Source: Bispira polyomma (taxonomy: Eukaryota). Taken from it: DNA of 64,000 nucleotides. Positions 13,944 through 27,560 of this stretch are shown here, in pieces. The notes below the pieces were generated by a model. That model searched no databases. It saw only the letters and a program-made list of their open reading frames with translations, and had not been told where the DNA came from. The stretch lies in NCBI GenBank assembly GCA_965649765.1, contig OZ287752.1:18848001-18912000 (forward strand), read 5' to 3'. The position numbers were made by a program, and so were the translations under genes. The number at the start of each line of letters is the position of its first letter. Positions within the stretch are counted from its first letter, which is position 1.

Positions 13944-14238
13944 CAGGATTCAGAGAGTTCTCCACTGCAGCTCCACGGTTATGGAACAGTCTCCCAGTCG
14001 ACCTCAGATCAGTTGACACACTTATCGGGTTTAGGAAAAAGCTTAAAACCTATCTTTTTAACCTTGCCTACCCACCTTACCTTCCCTTGTGCACGCTCCC
14101 ACTTCCTTCCTTTCGACTTTGCAATGTCCATGGACTTAATGATTGGACCAATGATTCTGCTGTTGCGCTTTAGAAGATGCCCAGCATCAATAAAGCTCGT
14201 TAAAAAGCTATAATAATTAAATTAATTAATTAATAATT
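13944..14238 (+). mobile_element. L2-type LINE 3' fragment inserted beside a splice donor
   Basis: FSTAAPRLWNSLP...FRKKLKTYLF motif, 3' UTR and AT-rich tail. Absent at the equivalent copy A site (~46925). Same family as 63813-64000 and 36746-36910. Confidence 0.88.
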
Positions 14239-14247
14239 AAACTTCAC

Positions 14248-14355
14248 CCCTTCATCTTCTTCTTTGATCTCTCTCTGAAGAACATGCTCCTTAAATCCAA
14301 AGCCAGTCAGTCTACACGACTCACTGTCATCAACTAGCAAATGTAAGATTTCATG
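14248..14355 (-). pseudogene. Copy B catalytic-loop exon with in-frame 21-bp deletion
   Basis: HEILHL-LVDDSESCRLTGFG versus HEILHLQLSAEHVLVDDSESCRLTGFG in copy A (108 vs 129 bp). Confidence 0.9.
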
Positions 14356-15472
14356 CTGAAAAATTACAGCCATGTCATATACCGTGTTATGTACCTTTCA
14401 AAATTGTTCATGGCAGCAAATGTTATTCAAAAAACCATACAATGACAAGAGTTTAACATCTAGATTGTCAGAAGATTGAAATAAATACCATGTATCCAGT
14501 ACCAGTCAGGAGGCTACTGTTGTTGTTTGATAAACTTACACTAACATGAACTGAATATATTCATACATGAGGGAAACTTCATATCACTAGAACATTAATA
14601 CATACAGTATCATTATTTAGCTTGAATAAAAGTCAATTCTAAAAATGCAATAATATACAATGGATAATTTCATATGGCACGTTTACTTCTTTAAAAATAC
14701 AGATACTAACAGTGTGCGTAGGATATCTAGACTGGGATCTGTCCTATATGTAGCAATATTTCACTACTAATAGACAAAACATATCTGAGCTCGACAAAAC
14801 TATAATCTAAGTTATTTAGCATATTCAAGAAGTTACAGTGATGTACAACAATACAGATAAATATATAAAACAAATGTACGATTTAGCAATGGCAACAGTT
14901 GATAGCTTCGCCAATTGTGACAACTGAAAATAAAATAGTTTTGAAAGGGAATCTTAGGGACTAATAAAAATCACCTTTCCCTATTTATAGCATCATAAAA
15001 CGTTTGAGACACTATCCAGCTAGACAGTTAATTTCTGAAATAGTTTATTTTTTTTAAAACGGGTGAGGGGAAGTTTCCTATATAAAAGTTTTGTGCTGAT
15101 ATTTATTTTCATTAGAAGCATTTATGTAGCGCTAAAGTAATGGCAATACATCATTCAAGTCACTGGTTAAAAATAAAGAATAGTCCTACAGCTTTAATTT
15201 GATCAGTGTGAGTAAATCATACTCCAAAGGATAATTATAGCTCCAAAAAGAGATTTATTGGGTACCCTATGATCACCAAACTAAATCCCCAAGCACTGGA
15301 GACCACAGGATGGTATAAATTTAACTATCATGTTTTATGAATCAGTTACGTGACATTATACTATGACAGGCTGATTCTACAGCAATATTTACAGAAGGAT
15401 AAAATAATAGCAAAGAATACGTAAGCAATTATACCTACACAAATGCCTACAATGTTTCTTGTGTTTACTTAC

Positions 15473-15633
15473 ACTTTGTCGTTCTAAATATGCAAGTCCC
15501 TGTAAAGTATAAAACATCAGCTGTTCTTATTCCGATAGTATACTCAATCTTCTAGTTCAGATCTTTTTTTGCAAGAACTACTTCAGGTCTCCATTTTTGT
15601 AATATTTTGTAACAACTTTGACACTCATTGGAC
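15473..15633 (-). pseudogene. Copy B kinase exon (GPMSVKVVTKYYKNGDL), disrupted
   Basis: Homologous to 47656-47828; +1 and -13 bp indels. Confidence 0.88.
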
Positions 15634-16062
15634 CTAATGATATTACAGTAAAATGTTACAATAAAGTTATAGTTTTGGTTATTGACCTTACTGAAGCAAG
15701 CCTGATTCTGTCTCAGTAAAATTCATTTTTTCAGTATACAATTAATATTAGTGTAAATATGTTATTTGCCTCTTTCACAACTGGTCAGAATGGTGGGTAT
15801 GGACTTAAACATTTCAAATTCTAGCTTTGGTAAAATAGTTAGGACTTTGACACATTCAACTATTTGTTTAAAGCCACGTTTCATCATGACACTAACATGT
15901 ATACAATTGGCTAATAGACTTAGAATTAGGATCCATCATTATTCTGATAAACTATTAACATATACTGATGATAAATATAAAATAACTTCATTATATAACA
16001 TTTCACAAATATCCTGATTGTAATTTGGAACACTGTATCTAGCTTAAAACAATGGTGCATAC

Positions 16063-16170
16063 CTGTAATACCAAATGCATATGATTCAATAATACCTGGA
16101 TGGCTGCCAACTTGTTCTAAACAGGTGAATTGATTAAAACTGAACTAAGCCTCAGAAACTCGAATATCAT
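16063..16170 (-). pseudogene. Copy B alphaC kinase exon with nonsense mutation
   Basis: DIRVSEA then TAG (CAG in copy A, 48277-48384). Confidence 0.9.
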
Positions 16171-17061
16171 CTGTAATAATGATACAAACAAAACATTTAA
16201 GCATATTTTAATAAATTTGTTTTGTGTTTAATTAAGAGTCTCAGGCTACTACTACATAAAATTACATCAATTATATTGAACAGACAGTAATCTGTGGTAA
16301 TTTTTGAATTGCAAGTTTTACTTTGGCTTATATATTGGGCTAGTATCTTGTAATACGCTAGTATCTTGTCAGAGCCCTAGTAGATAGACATCTATAAGCA
16401 ATGCCTCAAACACTGACCTCATATGCAGGGTAATATATTGGCAAGAATTCTTAATTTACTACTTTTTTGGAATGAGGCTACAGTTCACTGTTGGGAACAT
16501 TTATACCCATGCAAACTGTATACACAATTTAATCAAGATATCTATAACGGCTTGTGAATGATAAACAAGAACATGGTGGAGTGGCCTTCAATAAAAGCAT
16601 TGGTTTTCCTCTATTTTGTAGTTTGTTGTCGAAATCAATTACAAGCAATACACCAGTTTACAGTTTTGCTATATAAGGTGAGGGCGAAGGTCGTTTAAGA
16701 ATTTGGAGGTAAGCAAATCAACTTCTGTGAGCTACGAATTTTTATATTTATACAAATGTTTATAAATTGACATGGATACATGATATATTCTGAGCATGCT
16801 CAATACCATCCCAGCAAACTAGAAAAACAGGTAGGCCACCATTTTATATATTTTAGAATGCCAGACAGAAAATTGTTGGCAGTCAATAAGGAAACCATCC
16901 CAAAACGAAAAAATCAACCAAAAATGAGAGAAAAGGATTCCATATTGACACCCACAAAGATCTGCCACATCTAGACTTAGATGCAGTCTTTGGGCAAAAT
17001 TTGAGACTATAGCTCTCTACCAGTTCTGAGATTGTTGTTGCCACTCCAATCTTGTATGCCA

Positions 17062-17236
17062 AAATTACGCTAAAGTTTAGTAGGAGCAAGATATTATGAC
17101 AGTTAACATGTCCTGAATATCTGGTGAGGCTAGATGGAATAGTTTTACTCTGTCAGTGTCAACAAAGAAATCATTTCACACAAGGTGGCGGCGGCGTAAC
17201 CGCATGCAAACCAAAGTATCCACCAGATGGATACAA
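17062..17236 (+). mobile_element. HINE-like element 3' end shared with copy A (61803-61976)
   Basis: GGCGGC run plus GTATCCA..TGGATACAATT palindrome at the same intron position in both paralogs, so it predates the duplication. Confidence 0.7.
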
Positions 17237-17283
17237 TTAACATGAGCAGATATGCCAATAATATAATATTAAATGCAACTCAC

Positions 17284-17592
17284 TTTGTTCACTTAGGTTC
17301 AGTCCACCCACCACTTTATCTCCGACACCATTACTCAGTACAACATGATACAGACCAAAGTCCTCAGCTGTTACAGGATCAAAGGTCAGTTCTATGAGAG
17401 TCTCATCCACTTTATCCCCTGCTGCTTCTACATGTATACTGTTAGCAGGTATTTTAGAACCTTCAAACATGACATCAACATGATCAGTAGTGACTGCCGG
17501 ATAAGCTTTCACTGTACAGTTTAGTAAAGCCTCTTTATTTTCTTCTGTATATGTGACCTTCTGATTAGGTGAACTCACATCAACTGGGGAAA
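17284..17592 (-). pseudogene. Copy B membrane-proximal Ig exon (open frame)
   Basis: 309 bp, phase 1-1, close homolog of 62019-62327. Confidence 0.92.
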
Positions 17593-17619
17593 CTGAAATA
17601 ATAATATAATAATAATATA

Positions 17620-18108
17620 TCAGACTTTTTTAGCGCTTATTTTTGTTATAACGAATACTAAGGCGCAAAAAAACCACAGCCAGAGCCGAAAAACATAAGT
17701 AATAGACAGAAGGAAGTCGTCATCAATGTGTCCACCGAGAATGGGAAAGAGACTATGGAGGGAATGCATCATTGAACAGATAGGTCTTTAAACTGCGCCG
17801 GAAGGAATACAGGGACGGAGCTGTCCTAATGTGTTGAGGCAAACTATTCCATAGGGTAGGGGCATCATTTGCAAAACTTTTATCAAAGTGAACCTTTGAC
17901 CTGTGTACTTTGGACTTATATTTTGCAACAAGAAGGAATCTATTTTTGGGAGCGGCTCTCCTGATGTTGACATTGCATTTGTAGTAACTCAAGTGTGGTT
18001 CAAAGTATTTAGGCAAACCTGAATCGAGAAACTTATATACTATTGTAGCAGTTTTAAAAACACACCGATACCTAACAGGGAGCCAGTGGAGTGACTTTAG
18101 AATCGATG
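17620..18108 (-). mobile_element. L2-type LINE 3' fragment
   Basis: LKSLHWLPVRYRCVFK...APTLWNSLP...FRRSLKTYLF (ORF 17753-18115) followed by 3' UTR. Confidence 0.9.
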
Positions 18109-19091
18109 AATACACAGTAACCTTTATGAACCTGTGGCTGGACTTGAAGTTGTGAGGATGCTGTCTTTGGGCTGGCGGAGGGATGGTAATACTGCCCCTT
18201 AAAATGGAGGGGGAAAGAGAAAGGGTTTTAAAATATACTGTGTGCTAAGTTATTTTTAGATATATATTATCATGGTTACATTTTTTTGGCCAAGAATTTC
18301 AACAATCTGCTAGATATTTATCATATTATAGAGCAGCCATCTTGTTCTTCATAATGGCCCCAAAATATATCCCAAGAAAGATAACTCCATGATTAATCCA
18401 GACATTAAATTTCATAAAGATATCAGCAGCAGTTGTGAGTACACTGAGCAGAGCCCATTTCCTACATTGTCGGCAATGGTAGCCATGTCGTTTTTGTGGA
18501 GCTTCCCTAAAAACATGATGTACCCATGATGAATCTATACAATTTGGTGATGATATCTATAACAGTTATCCTTTAAATGATAGATGCTAGATAGATAGGT
18601 AAATAGGGCTAAACCTTTTAAACTTTACCAAGTAAATTTGTAAAATAATGAATAAAGAAAAACTAAAATTGTTATAATCAATTTACATTTCAAGGCAAAT
18701 TAGTCATTTAGACTTGTGATCAGTACTCAAAGAAGCCATTACTCATCTATCTACAGTGCTACGCCACTGTAAATTAACCCTGTTATAGAAAATTAAGATG
18801 TATCTGAATACTTATTTTCCAAAACTGCCCACAAGCAATAATTTTAAAGTTACAAGCAAATTACTAATTTTCTGAAAGTAGCCATTATCTATTAATGTAA
18901 ACATAAACACTACTGGAATTTTGGCATGTTGTAGATTATTAAAAAGTAGCTGTACAACATATTTCACAAAACATCCTAGAAACAATAGCTCAGGAGTTAC
19001 AAGTGAATTATTCAAAGCCGCTATTGATGCCATTGCCCTTTTAGCTATACTCCCAGGCATATTAAACTTTCCTATATTGTAGAAAATCACC

Positions 19092-19265
19092 AAATATGTA
19101 AATTTTTATTAGAAATACCATTTCCTAATAACGCTATTTGTTGGAGCCATCCAACCCATTGGCCAACGCAGACATGCAAAACTTAAGGTATAGTACTACC
19201 TTAACCAGCCAATGGGCATATACAGTAGGCCATCTCCCGCGAATAGGTTCACATGAGCCTTTATA
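19092..19265. repeat. DIRS1 3' inverted terminal repeat
   Basis: Reverse complement of 24297-24475 (e.g. CTACCTTAACCAGCCAATGGGCATA / TATGCCCATTGGCTGGTTAAGGTAG). Confidence 0.9.
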
Positions 19266-19334
19266 CCCTTCAATATTGTTGCTGTAAAACTAGTAAAAGA
19301 ATTACATGCGGGGATGGCGGGAGGGAATCTATGC

Positions 19335-19428
19335 ATTAGGAAATGCTAAATATTTCTAATAAAAAATTTAATTGATATTAATTTTTTCAATTTCATACGA
19401 AATACTACTACCATTTCATAATATAGCT
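19335..19428. repeat. DIRS1 internal complementary region (ICR)
   Basis: First half is complementary to the outer left terminus (~19099-19129), second half to the outer right terminus (~24428-24470). Confidence 0.8.
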
Positions 19429-22400
19429 GAATCCAGCCTTGATGACGGAACTATTTTACTGAGAACTCCTACCACCTTAACCGCAGTGTAAATAGTTCCC
19501 ATTACACAACTACAACCAGCAAGCTTGGTTATTATAGCTTATAATACCATGCTAAAAATGTATGTACATATCATAGCAACGTTAAGTAACATAAAGTAAA
19601 ATTCACAATACCTCACAAGATGCCAGGTATTGGGCTGTTCTGTAAATCTACAGGTATAAACTGTTCAACATATCTGTTCGACATACTTCTAATGTTACAA
19701 CTGCAATCATTTTAAACACAGATGCAAACATATCATTTGAACATAAAAATGACATACTTGGACTCAATTGGGCTCAATTGGACTCAACTAAAGCATTTGA
19801 CCATTATGCAAACTGAGATCTTTGAGATAAAATTTGGTGAAAGTTTTGTGGGATTTCCAATAGCAAGCATTCAAACTCATCCAAGGAAATACCACCCGTA
19901 AAAGTCAAAGAAGCAGCCATAGAACAAATATCACGAGCTTTCACTTGACAAAGTTGCTGTGTCTCACTGTTTGACTTCTGATACACCAATAAGACAGTTT
20001 GTTTCAGCCAAAAGGAAATTGTGACTTTAAAAAAACTTTGTTATGTCCTTGTTTAAAAGCCACAAACAGGATTTTCTTATTTTACCTAAGATGCTAGGCT
20101 CTATCTAGATAGTTCTTCAAAGCTTTCACAGGGCAATGTGACCTATCCTCAACTAAACTCCTACTCAACTGAGGTTTGAAAACTGGAATAACCACTTGTT
20201 TGATAACATTTAGACCATCAGAGGCAAATTGGTTCTTTGCTAAAAAGCTGGTGATGGTGAAATAATAACCTCAGACCAATTATCCTTATAACTTATAAGT
20301 CCTGAATGAATGTCACTTATTCTCTTGCCAGAAGCCAAGGCCAAAAGAAAGACAGTCTTGTAAGTTAAAATCTTGACAGATGCCTTACATAAAGACTCAA
20401 AAGAAGCCTTAGAAATTGATAGGAATACCAGAAACAAATCCCGGTTTGGTAGGAATCTATTTGCTACTCACTTAGTCATATAGAAAACTGGCCATAAGTC
20501 GATTCAAGTCACCTTTAGTACCAAGACCATCAGCAATAGCAGTCATATACCTTGCAATAGTAAATGGTTTGAAGCCTTACTCCCCAAACAAAAAATTCAG
20601 GAAATTTGCTACATTTGGTATAGTGAAATCTGAGATCTTCACCCATTCACACCATTCCCTAAAAATGGACCACTTTGACCCATAGATCGTTTTTGGATGA
20701 AAGTCTCTAACGTTTTTTTATTTTTTTTAGCCACTTCATCTGAAAATGTTTTGAGAATCTTCAGGTCTGACGGTAAGTTTCAACCATGAAAATTCAAATA
20801 TTCCAGACTCTGGTGAAATCTGTTGCTGAATGGCTGGCTTTGTTGACAACTCCAGGAGGTCTCAAAACCATGGCATCCCTGGCTACCCTGGTGCAATGAA
20901 GATTACCCTGCACCTGTAAGCCAACAACGTTTGCACCACCTGAGGTATAAGAGCCACTGGACAAAAGACATAGGCGGCTACATCTCCCAAGTGATGTTCA
21001 ACGCATCTATTTCCTTAGCTTGACTGTCTGGGACAGGCGAGACATAGACTGACAGCTTGAAATTTTTATTTTTCACAAACAGATCGACCACAGGTTGATG
21101 CCAAATGTGACAAATCGTCTGTAAGACCTGAGAATTCAGAAACCATTCGGTCTGAATCACCCTGTCTCTGCCAGATAGAGCATTTCACAAAACATTAAAA
21201 TTCTCTGGATTGTCTCTTGGCTCTTATCTGGATGCTTCTGGCATTCGTCCCTACCAGAATTATCCACACAAGAACACACATTTCCATGGAATGTGTTCTC
21301 CCCTCTTTGTTAAGAGACGAAATGACAGTGGAGTTGTCTGTGGAAACCAATATGTTTTGAATTATAATCTGACTTTGAAAAGCTTTAAGAGCTTGAAACA
21401 GTGCCTTAAACACTAACATGTTAATGTGAAGTTTTGTCTCTATCTGATTTTACAGACCACTTGCTGCAAGATGGTTCAGATGAACACCCCAGCCCTTTTC
21501 TGAAGCATCCTTGAACAGAAGAAGCCTGAACTGCTTGTGATAGATTGGTGAACCCTACACCCTATTTGGAAGTTTTTTCCACCTTTCCAAATGTGACCTC
21601 ATGACCTGACTCAGGAATTAGAATATCCAATGACTGAGGCAAGTTCCAATTTACCTCGAGATACCACTGGTACCGCTTCATATGCAGACGAGCCTATGGT
21701 ATGCTTATCTCCATTGAAGTCATGCTCCAAATGAGAGACATAAGCTTTCTTGCAGTTGTCATTCATATTTTCAAAATAGAAGCAATCTTCCCTTGTAACA
21801 AAATTATCTTTTTTAGTCGACAAGACTACCCCATTTTGTAAGTCGAACCGGAACCCGAGAAACTTGGTGTTGTGAGATAGTGTCATTTGTAAATTATCAC
21901 CCATGCTAGCTTTAGATGAAGAAGATGTGCTAGTCTTTGAATATCTACTTAGCATTCCTGCCTTGTTTTGGATCTTAACAGGCAATCATCTATGTAGTGA
22001 TGGATCCTCAAGCCCTGAGCGAGAGTCATGAGTTTCACCTCTTATGTTACCCATGTAAATTTAATGGCTGTAACGATTTTGAATGGTAGCAAAATGAACT
22101 GTAAGACCATTCACCTACTTAGAACTGAAGATTTATTTGGTACCTTAGATGTACAGGTATAAGGAAACACAATCACCTGTAAGGTCGAGGGATGCTAGCC
22201 GCCCTGCTGCCACCAATTCCGAATTGTTTCCGTAGTTTCCATCTAGAAAATCGGAAGAAGTAAATACTGGTTTACTTGACTTTAAATCTATTACTGGACC
22301 CCATTTCCTGCCACGTTTGAAACAAGAACCAGGCAATGCTGTTCTTTACCGGAAGTATTGCGTTTTTGTAAACAGCTTCCATTAAAACTGCTGTTATTGT

Positions 22401-24296
22401 TAACCTAAATATCTGCTAGTAATTCTCGCCTAATTTGATAAAGGTGGGAGATTCTTTAAATTCAAGCAATATCCTTCCTTTAAAATTTGCCCCACTCTTG
22501 GGTGAGCATAAATGGACAGACGACCTCCTGGACACTGATAGTGATTTTCTTCTGGTGCCTCTGGAACCCCTGAAAGATTCCCTGGCTGAATATATATCCT
22601 TCCTTCTGAGTAAGGATATATAAAGAAATTGTCTCTGTTGGCTTCATGTGGATTAGAAGAATCTCTATTCACATGTGACGACTGAATAAATATATGTTGG
22701 ACCTCAGGTAACTTCTACACAGGAACAACTCATTTATTATGAAGGATGAAACTCTTAGCTTCTGTGAATCATCCTTATTGACATCTTGGAACACAACTTC
22801 AAAAAACCATCTCTCTTGCTAAAACACATATTTCCTGTCAGACATTGAAGTTTCCAGCAAACTGATGATAGCTTTCACCAAAGAACATGTAACTGAATAC
22901 AGTCCTCCATACCTTCCAAGCACTGGCACAGTCTTCTGAGTCCCCTGACTTAAGCTTAAGCATATTCTACTGAATGTTGAGTGGGTCTGATATTGGCTGA
23001 ATTGAACCAGTAGATGAGATTCAGACACACTAATGTTCTCTCTACTGACAGTTTTCAACAAAGTATAATGTTTTGAAGGTGAAACTTGAAGGAGCTTGAT
23101 AAAAAGGGGATAGTTTGTTCCTAAAAGCATCCTGAATCGTAGAAGCCTCATGAGAATGACGTTATGGAGAGACCTGGTACCACTTCATAGCTGGCTTGTC
23201 AAAAGAAATGAATTGTCCTTAAGTCAAAGAGTTATTCCTAAAGACTGAAAACTGCTTAAAAAACTCACACCTTCACCATATTCTCAGCTGGTGACAAAAG
23301 AACAGAACCCTCATTAGACTTCTTAATATGTGACTTGCGAGCAAAACTGAAAGGCTACAGTGGTGTACATGTCAGTAATTCAAAGTCCAGCCACTTCTTA
23401 ACTGCAGACAATATTTCAGCATATTTAGATGGAGATTGGTGACTCTCCTCTATCTGTATTCTAGGTGAGTGTGTAGGCACGTCTTTGGTAATCTTTTCAA
23501 TAGTGTTTAGCTATCAGAAAAGTACCTGATCTGACTTAAGATGGCTGCTAATAACTGCTTACATTTAAGTGAACCAAAGGATCAATCTTGTTAGTAAAAA
23601 TAAGACAATCATCTTCCACATCTAAAATTGAATCGGCAAACTTCTGTCTCGCTCCAATCACTGATATTTTGGGTGGTAGCGACACTCTGTCTGTAGCCTT
23701 GCCCTTGGACAAGCTAGAACGTGTAGATGAAGAGCGAACTTCGGTTGATCGTTCAGATTTCTTGCCATATACAATACCATAGGACCTCATCCTGCACTCG
23801 GATCTTCCAACAAATGTCTCCACCTGTTGAGATATAGCTGCAACAAGTAAGTGCTAGCCAAGCCCTATATTTCTATGGTAACAGCTTTGTTTACAAACCT
23901 GTGACTAGATGACGAGACCTTGTAAGTCATATCTTTGCTGGTAGAATTACTTCATTTGTGACAAAATGGCTGACAAAGACTGCTTTGAAGACGATTAAGT
24001 CAATAAGGTAAGCTAAATAATGATTTTTTTGGCACACATTCTGTTAAATTCACAGGCATGAATCAAGTTCGATCCCACGTGATATTTAACTTGAGATTCA
24101 ATCTCAAAGTGGACATAAAATTACCACAAAAAAGGGGATTTCTCTGCATCTGTTGTAGAATTCATTGTCTTGTAGATATAACTATAATTAGTTGAAGAAA
24201 TGGAGTAAAAAATCTTAAACATACAAAAGAAAAACCCGAAAGTCCAAACATGTTCAAAGATGGACCTCACTGTTGGCAAACATAATTAATAAAGTT

Positions 24297-24475
24297 TATA
24301 AGGCGTCATGTGACCCTATTGGTGGGAGGATGGACTACTGTGTATGCCCATTGGCTGGTTAAGGTAGTGCCATACCTTAAGTTTTGCCTATCTGCGTTGG
24401 CCAATGAGATAGATGGCTCCAACAAATAGCTATATTAGAAAAATGGTATAGGTATTTCGCTATAAAAATATATTT
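24297..24475. repeat. DIRS1 5' inverted terminal repeat
   Basis: Pairs with 19092-19265. Confidence 0.9.
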
Positions 24476-24519
24476 CAGCAATGCAGAGGACCCATAGGTT
24501 GTCAATGAGTGAGGTTAGA

Positions 24520-24730
24520 TGGTATCATATAAACGATCATGGCAGCCATCTTGTTTCTCAAAATGAGGCTATATCAAATGGTGGGCAACCTTTTATAGCA
24601 ATGAATATATCCAAATTTGAAGAAGCTAGCCACAATAGTTTTCCCACTGGAGTTGTAACAAAGAAAAGCGGCAGCGGCGTAGCCATGTGTGATCCAAGGT
24701 ATGCACCGGATTCATCCAGTGGATACAATT
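24520..24730 (+). mobile_element. HINE-like element 3' end
   Basis: GCCATCTTGTTT..AAAATGAGGC unit, GCGGC run and palindrome ending TGGATACAATT, as at 13060-13262. Confidence 0.7.
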
Positions 24731-25975
24731 ATACATTTAAATCAGTCAGCTTAAGTTACCTTTTCATATGATGGAAGGTCATCAATTAATTGCAAATGCC
24801 ATTTTTCAGTAATTGCATGCTTTTGTAGGAGCAACACAATTGAAGAGTTTGATTCAAAAGGATGTCTCCAATATTACACACATACCCCATTTTAAAGTAG
24901 GATGTACCTAAATATCTATTATCTGAACACCTTTGAAGAGTGATAATTTATTCGGATAATAGAATGTTAAAAATAGAGGCATTTTAAAATAAAACAATAG
25001 AAAAATATATAGAGTGAAATTGAGTTGCGGAAATATAGAAGATAACACAGGTTCTACGGTACTATACTATATATACTAAACAAGCCCCACAGTGAAATTG
25101 TTTTTACTGGTTGATAATTATTTGATGATTACTTGATGAAATTTAGAGCCCGCAATACTAATGCATACTTCAAATTGAGCCTGGTCAAAGAAAGTTTACC
25201 AACATATCACCAATTACAGCCCTTCCTGATGCAACTCCCTTTGGATCAAGAAGAAAATTGAAACTTTTCATCCTTATGCTCATAAATATCTACAAAAAAG
25301 CTTTGGGCATGTGTGGGACTAATTGTTCGGAATAAGAGTTTCATAATTGTAAAAAAGACACATTTTTCTTGGGTCATTAATGGACTACACAATCATCTTA
25401 CGAATAAAATTTTCTGGGTAATTCTTCACTGAATAACTTCTAAACCATTTATTCTTTTACATTGACATAGAAAATTAAGGGCAAGAAATATCAAGAAATA
25501 GCTGAAAGTCATAAAAATGACCAATCTTCTATGACAAAATTGGTGGATCGAAACAAAATCAGGTTGAAATTGCTCTATATCACTCAATCTTAGAGATATT
25601 TTTGAACATTTTTCTGCATTTTTTAATGAAGTTCACTTTGTGTACATTTTATGGTTTGGTGATTCGGAAATATATAATCAAACTCGCTGAAGCTCATTTT
25701 TAAGAAATTGCATTTTTGAAAACTTTGCAGAGGTTGCTTACTATAATAAAATGTTTATTGGTCTGCTAAACGTTCAAAAAGTGACTTGCCCTAAGATTCT
25801 AAGATAAGGCAGTTCCCCACAAAATCTAACTAAAAAAGCTATATTAGTTATTGAAAAGATGTAAAAATATGTCCCCAAACCTTTTTTAAAATAGTTCTTT
25901 GTCAAGCAATAACAGTCAAAGTTCAAGGTAAGCATTTAACACAAATTTCCAAGGATGCTTAGTAAAAAAAATTAC

Positions 25976-26246
25976 ACTGTACAACTACTTCTCTGCTATC
26001 ACTGTTTACACCTCCTTCATTAGTCACATCACACTCCAACTTGTCTGTACCCTGCACTGTCAAACTGTAACTCTCTGTCTGTGTCCCTACTCAGCTCACT
26101 ACTCTCTTCATACCGAAGTACAATACTCCATCTATAAGACAGCACTTGAAGAAGATTACCTCCTGTAGCTTTACAGGTCAAGGTCAGACTGGAACCTTCT
26201 GATACAGAATCTGAGGGATTCTGGATGACTGCAACATCATGTGCGA
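25976..26246 (-). pseudogene. Copy B Ig exon 8, frameshifted
   Basis: VSEGSSLTLTCKATGGN..YRW; 271 bp; deletion removes the GxYxC motif. Confidence 0.88.
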
Positions 26247-26675
26247 CTGGAATAACAAAATAACTATTAATGAACATGTATGTTATAGTTGCCATTGTAA
26301 TAATGTATGTAGTTTGTGTAATTGAAATATTTATTGATATTTGCTAAATCTGCATATGGTGTGTTGTATTAATAAAAAAATTTAAATATTAGAAATTATA
26401 AGAATATATTAATTTGTATTATCAGCCTAATTCAAACGTTGGACAACAGTCATATGTGCTTTAGTATTCACACAATTATTCACACAACTCACACAATTAT
26501 TTTATATACATCAGTTGCATTAATTTTAAGTTATGATTGTATTCTCACCAAAAAAAAACTTTTCATCAAAAAATAATAATATATGTATTATGTAGACATG
26601 ATGATTGATTATATATTGTTCATTAATACTGGTCATTATACCACATGTTTATAACACACATCTGCCAATTCTCAA

Positions 26676-26969
26676 ATTTAACTTGTAAAACTCTACTTTC
26701 AGACACAGACTGCCTTCCCTCCACATGACACGTGTATTGAGCTCCATTCAGACTCCTGTCTGTTGTCACTGTCAGAACACTTCTCCTCTTGTTACTATTG
26801 TACAGACCACTCACTTCACTGACACTGATCCCTTCATGTACACTGGTACCATCTCTGGTCTACACAATGTCAGATACAGGATTGGATTCATCAGTTGTAC
26901 AGGTGAAGGTCACTTCTGTGTGCTCTGCAATACAGCCCATTGGTGACGTTGTTAGCTTAATATCTGTGG
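26676..26969 (-). pseudogene. Copy B Ig exon 7, nonsense mutation and lost donor
   Basis: TFTCTTDESNPVSDIV* (Trp to TAG)...LNGAQYTCHV; expected GT donor reads TT. Confidence 0.85.
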
Positions 26970-27560
26970 CTGTAACTAAACAAAAATACCACCAACATAA
27001 TTTATTTTTCCATTAATTTGCATGAAAGTTGGATGCACAAAAATGTATTCCCATTTAAAATGTGTTACTCTATGTAGATGTACAGCTCATTTTCCACCAC
27101 CACTATAATCAAGGTTGTTAATGGCATGTTCCGATATTTCTAGAACAAAGCACCATAAATTTACCTGTTTAATGCATATATGTCAATTGGGCAACAACAG
27201 AAGGGTTTAAGGAGATGCTTCAAATGCAGCCAGTCTCACCTATCAACATGAAAACATCAAATAACTGAACCCTTTTTGCACCCTAAGAGTGATTTATTTT
27301 TCTAGCTCCACTCATAGTAAATATACACTTTTGGTAAAATGGTAGTATCACCACGGGCCGTGAAAATTGTTCTTTCAGTCAATTTTCGAAATTTCTATCC
27401 ACTTGAACAGTACTTCAATAGTTTTCAACAACAAAATATGTTTAATAAATTGACATCTTTTTAAAAGTTCATTAGCTTCTGTTTTAGGATTTCACCTAAA
27501 TAAGCAAAAATAGGATGATAATTCTTACATTTTAGAATTTTTGCATTGACATTAACTTAC

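Larger units (their letters stand above)
19092..24475 (-). mobile_element. Decayed DIRS1-type tyrosine-recombinase retrotransposon (ITRs, ICR, gag-RT-RNaseH-MT-YR remnants)
   Basis: Inverted terminal repeats and ICR. RT PVIDLK (22145-22336) and FLGFRFD; RNaseH STDNSTV (21195-21419); methyltransferase EW..VDLF..DAL (20978-21160); YR KTVFLLALASGKRISDIH (20240-20437). Absent from the copy A intron. Confidence 0.92.

Noticed and set aside
11100-25200. Copy B as an assembly duplicate (haplotig) of copy A
   Set aside because: Many substitutions, indels and copy-specific transposon insertions indicate an old paralog.
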